Shown: in pieces, positions 20,127 to 30,033 of the stretch | Numbering within the stretch: position 1 is the first letter of the stretch | Layout: each line of letters opens with the position of its first letter | Assembly (NCBI GenBank): GCA_963727445.1 | Contig: CAVSGI010000010.1 | Span: 672,001 to 736,000 of the forward strand | Source of the DNA: an uncultured delta proteobacterium | Lineage (GTDB): Bacteria; Myxococcota_A; Polyangia; Polyangiales; B10-G4 | DNA: 64,000 nt | Direction: 5' to 3' | Notes under the pieces: model-generated | The model's database searches: none | What the model was told of the DNA's origin: nothing | Seen by the model: the letters and a program-made list of their open reading frames with translations, nothing else | Position numbers and translations under genes: made by a program

Positions 20127-20196
20127 CGTCTCGGCAGCGTGAAGCCCTGGCGGTGGACATCGGCGCCGGGGTGCATAACTGGCTGACATGCGATCC

Positions 20197-20727
20197 ATGC
20201 GCGGTTTTCCGATGCTCGCCCTCCTGATGGCGGCTTGTGGTGGGAGCGGGGACAGTACGCCCCCGAACACCGAGGTCCTCTCCTGGTCCCGCTCCACCTA
20301 CACGACCCTCGACAACCTCCAGCTGGGCGACGACGTCGGCGACGCGACGTCCGAGTCCCAGGTCCTCGTCATCTCCCCCCAGAAGCAGGGCATGTGTGAC
20401 TCCTCGTATGCGGACGTGCGCGTTCGCCTCGACGTAGACTACGGCGAGGTGAAAGAACAGATGGGCGACGACACCCACCTCGTTCCGCGACGCGTCAGCG
20501 CAACCGTCCTCGACAACGACATCTGGCTCATCGAAGGCAAGTGCGAGCCTCGGGTCCGCGTCCCGGAGGCGCCCGGCTTCGAGGACGAGGGAGTGCCGCG
20601 GGTCCTCCGTGCCGAGTGCGAGATCACGCTTCAGCACCATGACGACGCGCGCCTGGTGTCCATCGAGATCTCGGGCGACGAGAACCTCGAGGTCACCGCC
20701 GGCTTCGACGAAGTCCGGGTCGAGTGA
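20197..20727 (+). CDS. Hypothetical lipoprotein
   Basis: Lipobox LMAAC, beta-rich body; start 20188 or 20197. Confidence 0.7.
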   Translation: MRGFPMLALLMAACGGSGDSTPPNTEVLSWSRSTYTTLDNLQLGDDVGDATSESQVLVISPQKQGMCDSSYADVRVRLDVDYGEVKEQMGDDTHLVPRRVSATVLDNDIWLIEGKCEPRVRVPEAPGFEDEGVPRVLRAECEITLQHHDDARLVSIEISGDENLEVTAGFDEVRVE

Positions 20728-20728
20728 A

Positions 20729-21823
20729 TCACCCGAGCGAGGTGCGAATGGCCTTGGCCGCCGCGTCGTGCTCTTCCGCGAGCGCGGTGTCGCCCATGCC
20801 CGCGTAGGCTCGGGAGAGGAGCTCGTGAAGCGCGGCGTTGCCCGGCGCGCCCTCCACCGCATCGCGCGCGCGCTCCACGGCCGCTGCGAAGTTCCCCCGT
20901 TCGAGCTGCGCCTCGGCCTCCAGGCGGAGGGTCGCGACGTGAGAGATGAGCGCCTCGCGCGCCTCGACGAGCGGGTCTACGTCCCGAACGGTGACCACCG
21001 AGGCCCAGGCGCCGCGGAAGACCTTCTCGGCGACGCCGCCGAAAGTGGCGGGCAGGAGCCTGTCGAAGCTGCCACTTCCGAGGACGACCAGGTGGGCGTC
21101 ATGAGTCGCCTCGAGGATGCGCGAAACCGGACGGCCTCCGAGCACCTCGAGCTGAACGTTGACGCCGGTGTCGTCGTGACCGGCGACGAGGTTCTGGAGC
21201 GCCTCGCGAACGCGGTCTTCGATGCGGTCGGCCGCCCGGTCCAGACGCTGTCCCCCGTAGTAGAGCGCCCCGTCGGTGGGTATGACGGTGACGACCCGGT
21301 AGGGCGCGTGAAAGAGGCGGGCCATTCGAAGCCCGACCTGGAAGGCCATGTGGGACTGGGGCGAGAGGTCGACGGGACAGACGATCGGCTGGTCGTCGGC
21401 GGGAAAGGTCCCGCGAGCGACGAAGACCGGTCGCCGCGAGTGGCGGACGATGCGTTCGGCCACGCTCCCTGCGAACCACTGGCGGATCGTCTGGGGCTGG
21501 CCGCCGCCGACCACGAGCATCTGCGCCCCCGACGTCGACGCTGCGCGCAGGACGAGCTCCGCGGGCTCCCAGGGCTCGACCACCGGCTCGATCACGGTCG
21601 TACCTTCGTCGATCGCTGGGGCGAAATAGGAGAGGATCTCGGCGCGAGCCCTTTCGGCGTCGCGCGGATCCACCACGTGCAGGCGGCCCGAAGGGACCGC
21701 GTGAACGGGCAGGATGGGGGCGTGGGTCAGCAGCGCCAGTCGAGTAGCCGCCTCGACCACGTCGGCAGAGGAAGAATCGAGTGCGATGGCCGCAACGATG
21801 GGTCCGGTGTCGAGGTCGCTCAT
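20729..21823 (-). CDS. Tandem universal stress protein with C-terminal TPR
   Basis: Two Usp domains (IVAAIALD..GSVAERIVRHSRRPVFV; IVCPVDLSPQS..GGVAEKVFR), followed by TPR-like helices. Confidence 0.9.
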   Translation of the reverse strand: MSDLDTGPIVAAIALDSSSADVVEAATRLALLTHAPILPVHAVPSGRLHVVDPRDAERARAEILSYFAPAIDEGTTVIEPVVEPWEPAELVLRAASTSGAQMLVVGGGQPQTIRQWFAGSVAERIVRHSRRPVFVARGTFPADDQPIVCPVDLSPQSHMAFQVGLRMARLFHAPYRVVTVIPTDGALYYGGQRLDRAADRIEDRVREALQNLVAGHDDTGVNVQLEVLGGRPVSRILEATHDAHLVVLGSGSFDRLLPATFGGVAEKVFRGAWASVVTVRDVDPLVEAREALISHVATLRLEAEAQLERGNFAAAVERARDAVEGAPGNAALHELLSRAYAGMGDTALAEEHDAAAKAIRTSLG

Positions 21824-21842
21824 GCTCGTGACCTACGCACCG

Positions 21843-21857
21843 GCGTGACCGATGCCA
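21843..21857 (-). promoter_or_regulatory. Possible sigma54 promoter for the Usp gene
   Basis: TGGCATCGGTCACGC: GG-N10-GC with a non-consensus -12 element. Confidence 0.35.
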
Positions 21858-21933
21858 GTCGTGCACGAAGGGATCGACGACATGTTGCTCGACTCGATCT
21901 GGTGCGGGGGCTAGGCTCGGGCCCGACGATTCG

Positions 21934-24804
21934 ATGACGGGCCACCTCGTTGCTTCCGCGCCGAACGGGCCCGACTCGCTGTCGAAGGCCATCGAAGCCG
22001 CGGCTCGCCTGCTGCCGGCCCAGGGCCCGATCGGGATCTTCGTCCACCACAACACGCTGCACGCGTTCGAGCACCTTCCCTTCGAGCAGGCCGTCGTCGA
22101 GGCGGGCGCGCTCCTCGGCTGTGAGCCGTTCCTCTCGGAGGCGCGCTACCTCGAGGAGCTCGCTCGCGGGCGGATCGCGGTCACCGACATCGAGACCGTG
22201 GTTTCAGAGGCGCTGGGCACGGACGCCGAAACGCCCGTGATCGCGGACATGAGTCGGCGGGAGCTCTACGAACGGATCCTCGCCGGTGGAATCCCCGAAG
22301 CGGGCGCGCACGAGACGGCGTGGTTGGTGAGGGAAGGCGACGCATTGCGTGCGCCGGGCGCGCGGATGCTCTTCGATGCGTGCGAGGCGGTCGTCGACCG
22401 TGCCGCGCCCGTTCCTCCGCACGGCGATCCGCCGCGGGTGCGGATGCGCGATCGACTGCTCGAAGCGACCGGCTTCGACACCGACGAGCTCGTGCACCCA
22501 CTCCTCATCCGGCTCTGCGGCGCAGTGCTGGATCAAGGCATCGCGTCCTTCGTCATGCCGGCACGTGAGCGCGGGTTATTCGAGGCGTTCGTCGAGCTCT
22601 TCTCGACCGAGCCCGCGCCGCACGGCGACCCGTGGATGCGCGAGCTCGCCCGGCTCGCACGAGAGGAGCGCGATTGTGGACGCGATGCGACCGCGTCGCT
22701 GGTCCGTTCGCTCGCCGCGCTCTCCGTTCGCGACGACGAGCAACACCGATTCATCGTGGAGACCGCGCTCGCGCTCCGGGGCTGGGCGGGCATGGTGCGA
22801 CAGGTCGAGGAGCGCCCCGATCGCGTTCCTTCACATGCGCCCGCGGTGTCGCTGCGATCATTCCTCGCTGTGCGGCTCCTCGCCGAACGGGCTGCGCTCA
22901 CCTACGTCGCGCGCACGGAGCTCGGGCACGACGGCCCGCTCACCACGCTCCAAGAGCGGCTGCCCGAGCGTCCGGCTGCGCCCGAGCGCGCGCCGATCCA
23001 GCGGGCGTGGGCGCTTTTCTGCGCGGCGACGCACCTCGAGCTGGCGGCCGAAGACCTCGCGGGTGAAGACGGCGCTCGCCTGCTGTCCGAGGTCGAGTCT
23101 CTCTCCTCGCTGGAACGGCGGCGGCTCCTTCACCTCGCCTACGAGCGGCGACACCTTCGCGAGGTGCTCGACGCGATGGCACGGCACCAGCGCTCCTCGG
23201 CCGAGCAACCCTCGTTCCAGGCCGTCTTCTGTATCGACGATCGCGAGGAGTCGCTGCGAAGGCACGTCGAGGAGGTCGCGCCAGCGTGCGAAACCCTGGG
23301 GGCAGCCGGATTCTTCGGTGTGGCGATGTACTTTCGGGGCATCGCCGATGCACACGCGCGGGCGCTCTGCCCGATCGTCGTGACGCCCGAGCACGAGGTC
23401 GTCGAGGTGGCCATCGACGAGAGCTCGCTCTCGTCGCTGCGGCGGAGCGTGGGGCGCGGCGTGGGTCACGTCTCTCACGGCATCGCCGTCGGGAGTCGCA
23501 CCTTCGTGCGCGGCACGCTGATCAGCGCGCTCGCGGGGGCGTTGATGAGCGTTCCGCTCGTCATGAGGGTGCTCTTTCCGCGACTCTCGGCGCGGCTCTC
23601 GCGTCGGGGTGCAGAGCTCACCAAGCCCTCGAGCCGCACGCGGCTGGCGATCGAGCGGCGCGACGTAGCACCGTCGCTCGGACGCTGGTCCGGGTACACG
23701 CACCAGGAGATGGCCCAGATCGTCCGCGGGCAGCTCGAAACGATGGGCCTGTCGGGCCGGCTCGCCGATCTCGTGCTCGTCGTCGGTCACGGCTCGTCCA
23801 GCCTCAACAACCCGCACGAGTCGGCCCACGACTGCGGCGCGTGCGCAGGCGGGCGTGGCGGTCCGAACGCGCGCGCCTTCGCACAGATGGCGAACGACAC
23901 CGAGGTGCGGGCGCTCGTCGCACAGACCGGGCTCGCCATCCCCGAGACGACCTGGTTCGTCGGCGCGGAGCACAACACCTGCGACGACGAGGTGACCTTC
24001 TTCGATGCGGATCTCGTCCCTGCGCGTCTCTCTGCGCCGTTGGAGCGCGCAGCAGCGGCGATGCGAGAAGCGGCGCGCCGAGACGCGCACGAGCGCTGCC
24101 GCCGGTTCGACAACGCCCCTCTCTGGCTCCCGCCCGAGCTCGCGAAGAGGCACGTGGAGGGGCGCGCGGTCGATCTCGCGCAGCCGCGCCCGGAGTACGG
24201 CCACGCGACCAACGCGGTCTGCGTGGTTGGCCGGCGCGGGCGGACGCGCGGACTCTTCCTCGATCGCCGCGCGTTCCTGGTGTCCTACGATCCGGCGCAG
24301 GACGACGACGAAGGCACCGTGCTCGCCCGCCTGCTCGGCGCCGCGGTGCCGGTCGTCGCGGGGATCAACCTCGAGTACTACTTCGGGTATGTCGACCCGA
24401 CCGGCTACGGCTCGGGAACCAAGCTCCCGCACAACGTGACCGGGCTCCTCGGCGTGATGGACGGCCACCAGAGCGACCTCCGCACCGGCCTCCCGTGGCA
24501 GATGCTCGAGATCCACGAGCCGGTGCGACTCCTGCTCGTCATCGAGGCGCCCCGCGATCGCGTGGCGGCCGTGCTCGCCGCGAGCCCTGCGCTCGCGCAG
24601 CTCGTCGACAACCGCTGGGTCCGGCTCGCGGTGCTCGACCCCGAGAGCTCGGAGGTCGAGGTGTATGAACGGGGCATCTACCGCCGATACGAGCCTCACT
24701 CCGCCGAGCTGTCGATCACGGCGTCGTCTCGGCAGTGGTATGGCAACGAGCGGGGCCCCGTGCCGCCCGCCGCGATCTCCACCGGAGCCGGGGTCGCGCG
24801 ATGA
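21934..24804 (+). CDS. dabA: DUF2309 family inorganic carbon transporter subunit (DabA/MpsB-like)
   Basis: LPAQGPIGIFVHHNTLHAF, FCIDDREES, GHGSSSLNNPHESAHDCGAC, QPRPEYGHA, INLEYYF, GSGTKLPHNV, HEPVRL. Confidence 0.93.
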   Translation: MTGHLVASAPNGPDSLSKAIEAAARLLPAQGPIGIFVHHNTLHAFEHLPFEQAVVEAGALLGCEPFLSEARYLEELARGRIAVTDIETVVSEALGTDAETPVIADMSRRELYERILAGGIPEAGAHETAWLVREGDALRAPGARMLFDACEAVVDRAAPVPPHGDPPRVRMRDRLLEATGFDTDELVHPLLIRLCGAVLDQGIASFVMPARERGLFEAFVELFSTEPAPHGDPWMRELARLAREERDCGRDATASLVRSLAALSVRDDEQHRFIVETALALRGWAGMVRQVEERPDRVPSHAPAVSLRSFLAVRLLAERAALTYVARTELGHDGPLTTLQERLPERPAAPERAPIQRAWALFCAATHLELAAEDLAGEDGARLLSEVESLSSLERRRLLHLAYERRHLREVLDAMARHQRSSAEQPSFQAVFCIDDREESLRRHVEEVAPACETLGAAGFFGVAMYFRGIADAHARALCPIVVTPEHEVVEVAIDESSLSSLRRSVGRGVGHVSHGIAVGSRTFVRGTLISALAGALMSVPLVMRVLFPRLSARLSRRGAELTKPSSRTRLAIERRDVAPSLGRWSGYTHQEMAQIVRGQLETMGLSGRLADLVLVVGHGSSSLNNPHESAHDCGACAGGRGGPNARAFAQMANDTEVRALVAQTGLAIPETTWFVGAEHNTCDDEVTFFDADLVPARLSAPLERAAAAMREAARRDAHERCRRFDNAPLWLPPELAKRHVEGRAVDLAQPRPEYGHATNAVCVVGRRGRTRGLFLDRRAFLVSYDPAQDDDEGTVLARLLGAAVPVVAGINLEYYFGYVDPTGYGSGTKLPHNVTGLLGVMDGHQSDLRTGLPWQMLEIHEPVRLLLVIEAPRDRVAAVLAASPALAQLVDNRWVRLAVLDPESSEVEVYERGIYRRYEPHSAELSITASSRQWYGNERGPVPPAAISTGAGVAR

Positions 24805-26180
24805 GCTTTGGAGCATGGTCGCTCGAGCGGCTCGTCCTCGCCGGCCTCGCGCTGCCCTACGCCCTCCTCCTCGTGCTCGGCGTAGCCTCGCTGCTCGGGA
24901 GGCCGATTCGCGAGGCCGTCACCGGATACCTCGCCCCCCTCTCCTTCGGCGGCTCCTTCGCGGCGTTCGTGCTCGCGTGGCCCGCGCTCGTCGCGACGCC
25001 CGGGCAACGGATCCTGCTCTCGACAAGCTCCTGGTTCCCCGCAGAGGACGCCGGCCTTCAGATCGCGCTGGTAGCCGATCCGCTCGCGCTCTGGCTCGCG
25101 ACGCTCTCCATGGGTGTGTGCGGCGTCATTGCGGCGTTCTCGCATCGCTACCTGCACGATGATCCTGGCTACAATCGCTACTTCGTCCAACTCTCGGTGT
25201 TCGCGGGCGGGCTCCTGCTGGTGGTGCTCTCCGCCAGCATCGAGGTGCTCTTCGCTGGATGGGAGCTCCTCGGCCTCTCCTCCGCGCTCCTCGCCGGCTT
25301 CTTCCACGACCGGCCGCTGCCGGTGAAGAACGCGCTCTACGTCTTCGGGGTGTACCGCGTGGGGGACGCGGCGATGCTCACCGCAGCCGTCCTCGTCCAT
25401 CACTACGTCGGGAGCGGGAACCTCGCGCTCGTCTTCGGCGCAGACGCAGCACTCTCCACCGGCCAGGCGACCGTCGTCGGTGCGCTCTTGCTCGTAGCGG
25501 CTGCGGCGAAGTGCGCGCAGCTACCTTTCTCGAACTGGCTACCCCGCGCGATGGAGGGGCCGACGCCATCGAGTGCGGTGCTCTACGGCGCACTCTCGGT
25601 CCATGCGGGGGCGTTCCTGCTCCTCCGTGCCGCCCCGATCCTGGATCGGAGCCCGATCATCGCGGTCGCGCTCGGCCTCCTCGCCGCGACGACAGCCGTG
25701 TACGCGACGATCACCGGTCGCGCCCAGACCGACGTGAAGAGCGCGCTCGCTTTCGCCTCGCTCACACAGGTGTCGATCATCCTCGTGGAGATCGCGTTCG
25801 GCCTGAGGATCCTCGCGATGGTGCACATGACCGGGCATGCGCTGCTCCGGACGCTTCAGTTTCTGCGCGCGCCATCGATCCTCCACGAGGTGCACGAGCT
25901 GGAGAACGCGATCGGCGCCCATCTCGGGCACGTCGGCGTTCACCCCGAGGCGCGCCTCGGATCGCGCCGGCGACGATGGCTCTACCGGTTCGCGCTCGAG
26001 CGCGGCCACGTCGACGGTTGGCTCCGGCTGGCCATCATCGGCCCATTCATCGCCGTGTTCCGCGCCCTCGATGCGCTCGACCGGCGCGTGTGCGACGTCC
26101 TCGCGCACCGAAGCCTCGAAACAGCGGAGTACGAAGGAACCGATGAGCCGCGAGAGGAGAGTCGCCGTGCTCGACCTTGA
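24801..26180 (+). CDS. dabB: NuoL/MrpA-like proton-conducting membrane subunit (DabB-like)
   Basis: ATGA overlap with dabA; GWELLG, YRVGD, KCAQLPFSNWLPRAMEGPTPSSA. Confidence 0.88.
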   Translation: MSFGAWSLERLVLAGLALPYALLLVLGVASLLGRPIREAVTGYLAPLSFGGSFAAFVLAWPALVATPGQRILLSTSSWFPAEDAGLQIALVADPLALWLATLSMGVCGVIAAFSHRYLHDDPGYNRYFVQLSVFAGGLLLVVLSASIEVLFAGWELLGLSSALLAGFFHDRPLPVKNALYVFGVYRVGDAAMLTAAVLVHHYVGSGNLALVFGADAALSTGQATVVGALLLVAAAAKCAQLPFSNWLPRAMEGPTPSSAVLYGALSVHAGAFLLLRAAPILDRSPIIAVALGLLAATTAVYATITGRAQTDVKSALAFASLTQVSIILVEIAFGLRILAMVHMTGHALLRTLQFLRAPSILHEVHELENAIGAHLGHVGVHPEARLGSRRRRWLYRFALERGHVDGWLRLAIIGPFIAVFRALDALDRRVCDVLAHRSLETAEYEGTDEPREESRRARP

Positions 26181-27327
26181 TCCGCTCTCGATGGTGCTCC
26201 TGCCCTTCGTGGGGCTCATCTCGGCGGCGGTGTTGATCGCGCGTCCGAAGAGCGCCCGCGAGAAGGGCTCTCTTCCTCGCGCGCTGCTCGGGCTCGCCCT
26301 GCTGCTCGCGCTGTTCGCCTCGCGAGATCCCCTCGTCATCGCCGCTCTGTGGACCGCGACGATCGCTCCCCTGCTCGTCGAGCTCCACCTCCACGGCGAG
26401 CGCGGCGCGTTTCGCGTCGCCGCGATCTACCTCGGCGCGAGCGCGGTATTCGTCGTGGTGGGCGCAGTCCTCATCGTCTTCGTCCCCGAAGCGCGCGGCA
26501 CGGGTGCGCTCGTCGTGCTCCTCGGTGCGATGGTGCGCAAGGGCATCTTCCCGTTTCAGAGCTGGGTCCCCGAAGTGTTCGAACGAGGGCCCTGGGGAGC
26601 CGCGCTCACATTCACCGCGCCGCAGGCTGCTGCCTATACGGTCGTGCGGCTGGTCGTACCTCACGCCTCGACCGAGGTGCTCGCCATCGTCGGCGTTTCG
26701 GCGCTCTTCACCGCGGTCTACGGCGGCGGCGTGGCGCTCGTGCAGCGCAATGCGCGACGCGCGTTCGGCTACCTCTTCATGAGCCAGTCGTCGCTCGTGA
26801 TGGCGGGGCTCGACTGCGTGTCCGTCGAGAGCCTCGCGGGCGCGCTCACCACGTGGGTCTCCTCAGGGCTCGCGCTCACGGGGCTGGGGCTCGCGATGTG
26901 GATGCTCGAGGTGCGGAGCGGGAAGCTCCGGCTCGATCGTTTTCGCGGCGGCTACGAGAACAAGCCGGGCCTCGCCGTCGGCTTCCTTCTCCTCGGGCTC
27001 GCGGTGGTCGGTTTTCCGGGCACGCTCGGCTTCGTCGCCGAGGAGCTCCTGATCGACGGAACCGTCTCGCGCTTCCCACACATCGGGTTCGCCACTGCGG
27101 TGGCGACCGCCCTCGGAGGGATCTGCGTCCTGCGGATGTACTTCGCGCTCTTCTGCGGCCGGGCCACCCAGCGCATGCCCCTTCGACTGCGGAGGCGCGA
27201 GCTCCTCGCGGTGATGCAGCTCGCCGTGATCCTCGTCGCGCTGGGCCTCGCGCCCTCACCACTGGTGGCGCTCCACACCGACACCGCCGAGCGCCTTCTC
27301 GAGAGGCGGGCTATGCTCTCGAGATGA
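26143..27327 (+). CDS. Second proton-conducting transporter subunit (NuoM/MrpD-like)
   Basis: Highly hydrophobic; RKGIFPFQSWVP, GFPGTLGFVAEELL; overlaps the end of dabB. Confidence 0.85.
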   Translation: MSRERRVAVLDLDPLSMVLLPFVGLISAAVLIARPKSAREKGSLPRALLGLALLLALFASRDPLVIAALWTATIAPLLVELHLHGERGAFRVAAIYLGASAVFVVVGAVLIVFVPEARGTGALVVLLGAMVRKGIFPFQSWVPEVFERGPWGAALTFTAPQAAAYTVVRLVVPHASTEVLAIVGVSALFTAVYGGGVALVQRNARRAFGYLFMSQSSLVMAGLDCVSVESLAGALTTWVSSGLALTGLGLAMWMLEVRSGKLRLDRFRGGYENKPGLAVGFLLLGLAVVGFPGTLGFVAEELLIDGTVSRFPHIGFATAVATALGGICVLRMYFALFCGRATQRMPLRLRRRELLAVMQLAVILVALGLAPSPLVALHTDTAERLLERRAMLSR

Positions 27328-28160
27328 CTTTTCGAGGACGAGTCGTCGCGATCACCGGCGGTGCTTCTGGTATCGGCAGGGCGCTCGCGGTCGAGCTCGC
27401 GCGCCGTGGTGCCGACGTCGCCATCTGTGACGTCGACGAAGACGGGCTCGCCGAGACCGCCAGGCTGGTCCGAGCACAGGGCCGCCGAGCGACGACGCAC
27501 CGCGTGGATGTCGCGGAGCGCGACGCGGTGTACGCGTTCAAGGACGCTGTACTCGACGAACACGGCCGCGCCGACGCAATCGTCAACAACGCAGGCGTCG
27601 CGGTCACCGACACCGTCGTGGACTCGACCTACGAGGACCTCGAGTGGATCGTGGGGATCAACCTCTGGGGAGTGATCTACGGGACCAAAGCGTTTCTGCC
27701 GCATCTGATCGAGCAGAAGGACGGCTGGGTGGTGAACATCAGCAGCGTCTTCGGACTCATGGCGTTCCCCAACCAGTCCGCTTACAACGTGACCAAGTTC
27801 GGCGTTCGCGGCTGGACCGAGGCGCTGCGCCAGGAGCTCGGAGGCACGGGCGTCACCGCCATTTCGGTGCACCCGGGAGGCATCCGCACGAACATCGTCC
27901 GCGGCGGGCGCTTTCGCCGGGTGCACGACGGATCCGTGGATGCAGACGAGGCGATCCAGCAGTTCGATGCGCGCTTGGCCCGAACCACCCCGGAGCAGGC
28001 GGGGCGCATCATCGCCGACGGGATGGAGCGAAGAGACCCGCGCATCCTGGTCGGCCCCGACGCACACCTGATCGATCGCTTGGTTCGCCTCCTCCCGGTG
28101 CGCTACACGGACCTCGTCGAACGCGCGCTCGCGAGCCAGCGGCGGAAGAGCAAGCGCTGA
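27324..28160 (+). CDS. Short-chain dehydrogenase/reductase
   Basis: TGGASGIG, NNAG, NISS, YNVTK, HPG. Confidence 0.95.
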   Translation: MTFRGRVVAITGGASGIGRALAVELARRGADVAICDVDEDGLAETARLVRAQGRRATTHRVDVAERDAVYAFKDAVLDEHGRADAIVNNAGVAVTDTVVDSTYEDLEWIVGINLWGVIYGTKAFLPHLIEQKDGWVVNISSVFGLMAFPNQSAYNVTKFGVRGWTEALRQELGGTGVTAISVHPGGIRTNIVRGGRFRRVHDGSVDADEAIQQFDARLARTTPEQAGRIIADGMERRDPRILVGPDAHLIDRLVRLLPVRYTDLVERALASQRRKSKR

Positions 28161-28212
28161 GCGGGGACCGCGGCGTTTCATTCGGGCCCCCCGAGGGGTA
28201 ATGTCGCGTGCC

Positions 28213-29016
28213 ATGAAGACCCCCGGAGAGACCGTCCGCTACGCGCTCGAGGACGGAGTCGCGACCATCACCCTCGACCGCCCCGAATCGCTGAACGCGA
28301 TGAACGAGACGCTGATGCACGACCTCCGCGCCGCGCTCGGCTACGTGGAGGAGGACCCGCGGGTGCGCGTCGTCGTGCTCACGGGTGCAGGACGCGGGTT
28401 CTGCTCGGGCGCGGACCTCGAGGTGGTCGCCCAGCTCGACGCGGAAGACGATGCCACCGTCGAACGCGTCATGGACGGCATCTTCCACCCAGCGCTTCGC
28501 GCCCTCGTCGAGTGTCCGGTGCCCACGGTGGCGCGTGTCCAGGGCGTCGCCGCCGGCGGAGGCTTCGGCCTCGCCCTCGGGTGTGACATCGCCGTCGCAG
28601 CGCACTCCGCCACCTTCGTCGCCACCTTCGGCCCCCGCCTCGGCATCGTGCCGGACTTCGGGACCACCTGGAGCCTCCCGCGCCGCGTCGGGCGCGCGCG
28701 CGCCCTGGGGCTCGCGATGCTCGGCGAGAAGATCGACGCCGTGCAGGCCGAACAGTGGGGACTGATCTGGAAGGCGGTCGCGGACGATGCACTCGACGCC
28801 GAGGTCTCGAAGATCGCCCGAGCGCTGGCGCGGACGTCGCCGAGCGCCATGACCCGCATCCGCGAGACCATCGACCAGGCCGCTGACCACAGCCTCAGCG
28901 CTCAGCTCGACGTGGAGATGGCGCACCAGAAAGTGCTGGTCCCACGCAACATGAAGGCAGCCGCTCGCGCCTTCCTCGAGAAGCGCGAGCCCGAGTTCGG
29001 ACCCGAGCGCGACTGA
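28213..29016 (+). CDS. Enoyl-CoA hydratase/isomerase (PaaG-like)
   Basis: ITLDRPESLNA, GFCSGADL, GVAAGGG, LGIVPDFG. TAATGT -10 lies 8 nt before ATG 28213. Confidence 0.92.
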   Translation: MKTPGETVRYALEDGVATITLDRPESLNAMNETLMHDLRAALGYVEEDPRVRVVVLTGAGRGFCSGADLEVVAQLDAEDDATVERVMDGIFHPALRALVECPVPTVARVQGVAAGGGFGLALGCDIAVAAHSATFVATFGPRLGIVPDFGTTWSLPRRVGRARALGLAMLGEKIDAVQAEQWGLIWKAVADDALDAEVSKIARALARTSPSAMTRIRETIDQAADHSLSAQLDVEMAHQKVLVPRNMKAAARAFLEKREPEFGPERD

Positions 29017-29028
29017 GCCAGACGCGCG

Positions 29029-29062
29029 TCGGCGCTCGCCACCGCAGGGGAGCGAGCGCCGA
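29029..29062. terminator. GC-rich hairpin between convergent genes
   Basis: TCGGCGCTCGC-N12-GCGAGCGCCGA, 11-bp stem; no U-tract. Confidence 0.45.
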
Positions 29063-29081
29063 AGCATCGGTCTCGTGTCGG

Positions 29082-29984
29082 TCAGCCCCCGACGGGGCCG
29101 CAGTCCGTGCAGTCGGTGCCGGATTCGCAGAGGCTGTAGTGCGAGCCGGGGCGACCGTCGTCGCACTCGCCGTCGCCCGCGGTCACGCACGTGTCGTTGC
29201 AGGTCGCGTCGGGCATCGCGAGGCACGTACCCATCACGTTGTCGCAGGTCTGCCCGTCGGGGCAGGCGCCGTCCATGGTGCCGCAGGCCTCGCCGCAGAC
29301 CGTCCCGCACTCCCGGCCGTCACACGAGCAGGCCACGCAGCTGCCAGCCCGGCAGGTCTGCATGTCCGGGCAGGCGCCATCCATGGTGCCGCACGTCCCT
29401 CCGGCCCCGTCGGCGCCACACTCGCGACCCATGCACATCGCGGTGCGGCACTGCGACCGGTAGCAGACTTCGGGATCGGAGCACGATCCGCAGTCCATCA
29501 TCCCGCAGGCGTCCATGCCGCAGCCGATGGCGTCGCAGCCGCAGGCCACGCAGGACGAGCCCATGCACATCGAGCCCGCCCCGCAATCGCCGCAGGTCCC
29601 GCCGCAACCGTCGCTCCCGCACTCCGCCCCGTCGCAGCTGGGCACGCAGCCCGCGGGATCGCGCGGACCACAGTCCGTACAGTCGGAGCCGTAGTCGCAG
29701 ACCGAGGTGTCGGACCCATCTCCCCCATCGTCGCACTCCCCGTCGCCGACCCACTCGTTGTCGGTGCCGCAAGAGTCGTTGCAGAGGGTTGCGCTGGTGC
29801 TGCCGTCGCCACCCGTGGTGCTGCCGTCGCCGCCCGTGGTGCTGCCGTCGCCACCCGTGGTGCTGCCGTCGCCGCCGGTCGTGCCGGAATCGGAGGTCGT
29901 TCGTCCCCCGTCGGAGTTGCAGCCGGCCACCAGGACCAGGCTGGCCAGCAGGATCAAGCTCGTCAAAGCGCGGTTCGTCGTCAT
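29082..29984 (-). CDS. Cys-rich lipoprotein with TTGGDGS linker and duplicated CDDG..GxDCTDCGP modules
   Basis: GGAGGA RBS, lipobox LVAGC, CxGxECGxDGxGGTCG repeats. Confidence 0.85.
   Translation of the reverse strand: MTTNRALTSLILLASLVLVAGCNSDGGRTTSDSGTTGGDGSTTGGDGSTTGGDGSTTGGDGSTSATLCNDSCGTDNEWVGDGECDDGGDGSDTSVCDYGSDCTDCGPRDPAGCVPSCDGAECGSDGCGGTCGDCGAGSMCMGSSCVACGCDAIGCGMDACGMMDCGSCSDPEVCYRSQCRTAMCMGRECGADGAGGTCGTMDGACPDMQTCRAGSCVACSCDGRECGTVCGEACGTMDGACPDGQTCDNVMGTCLAMPDATCNDTCVTAGDGECDDGRPGSHYSLCESGTDCTDCGPVGG
29796..29879 (-). repeat. Four copies of a 21-bp tandem repeat (TTGGDGS)
   Basis: The unit GGTGCTGCCGTCGCC(A/G)CCCGT repeats in frame; the last copy is slightly diverged. Confidence 0.85.
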
Positions 29985-30017
29985 CCGTCCATCCTCCAGG
30001 TGCAGGACCGTTCCCCT

Positions 30018-30033
30018 TGCGAAGGTCGTGCCC
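30018..30033 (-). promoter_or_regulatory. sigma54 promoter for 29082-29984
   Basis: GGGCACGACCTTCGCA (GG-N10-GC). Confidence 0.6.

Noticed and set aside
21939..21954. sigma54-like GGGCCACCTCGTTGCT at the dabA start
   Set aside because: Lies inside the coding region with no good downstream start codon; probably chance.
24801..27327. Respiratory complex I (nuoL/nuoM) assignment
   Set aside because: No other nuo genes are adjacent, and coupling to DUF2309 indicates a DAB-type transporter.
27324..29016. SDR and enoyl-CoA hydratase as parts of the DAB system or as NRPS tailoring genes
   Set aside because: Each has its own -10 element and they are generic lipid-metabolism enzymes, 7 kb or more from the NRPS.
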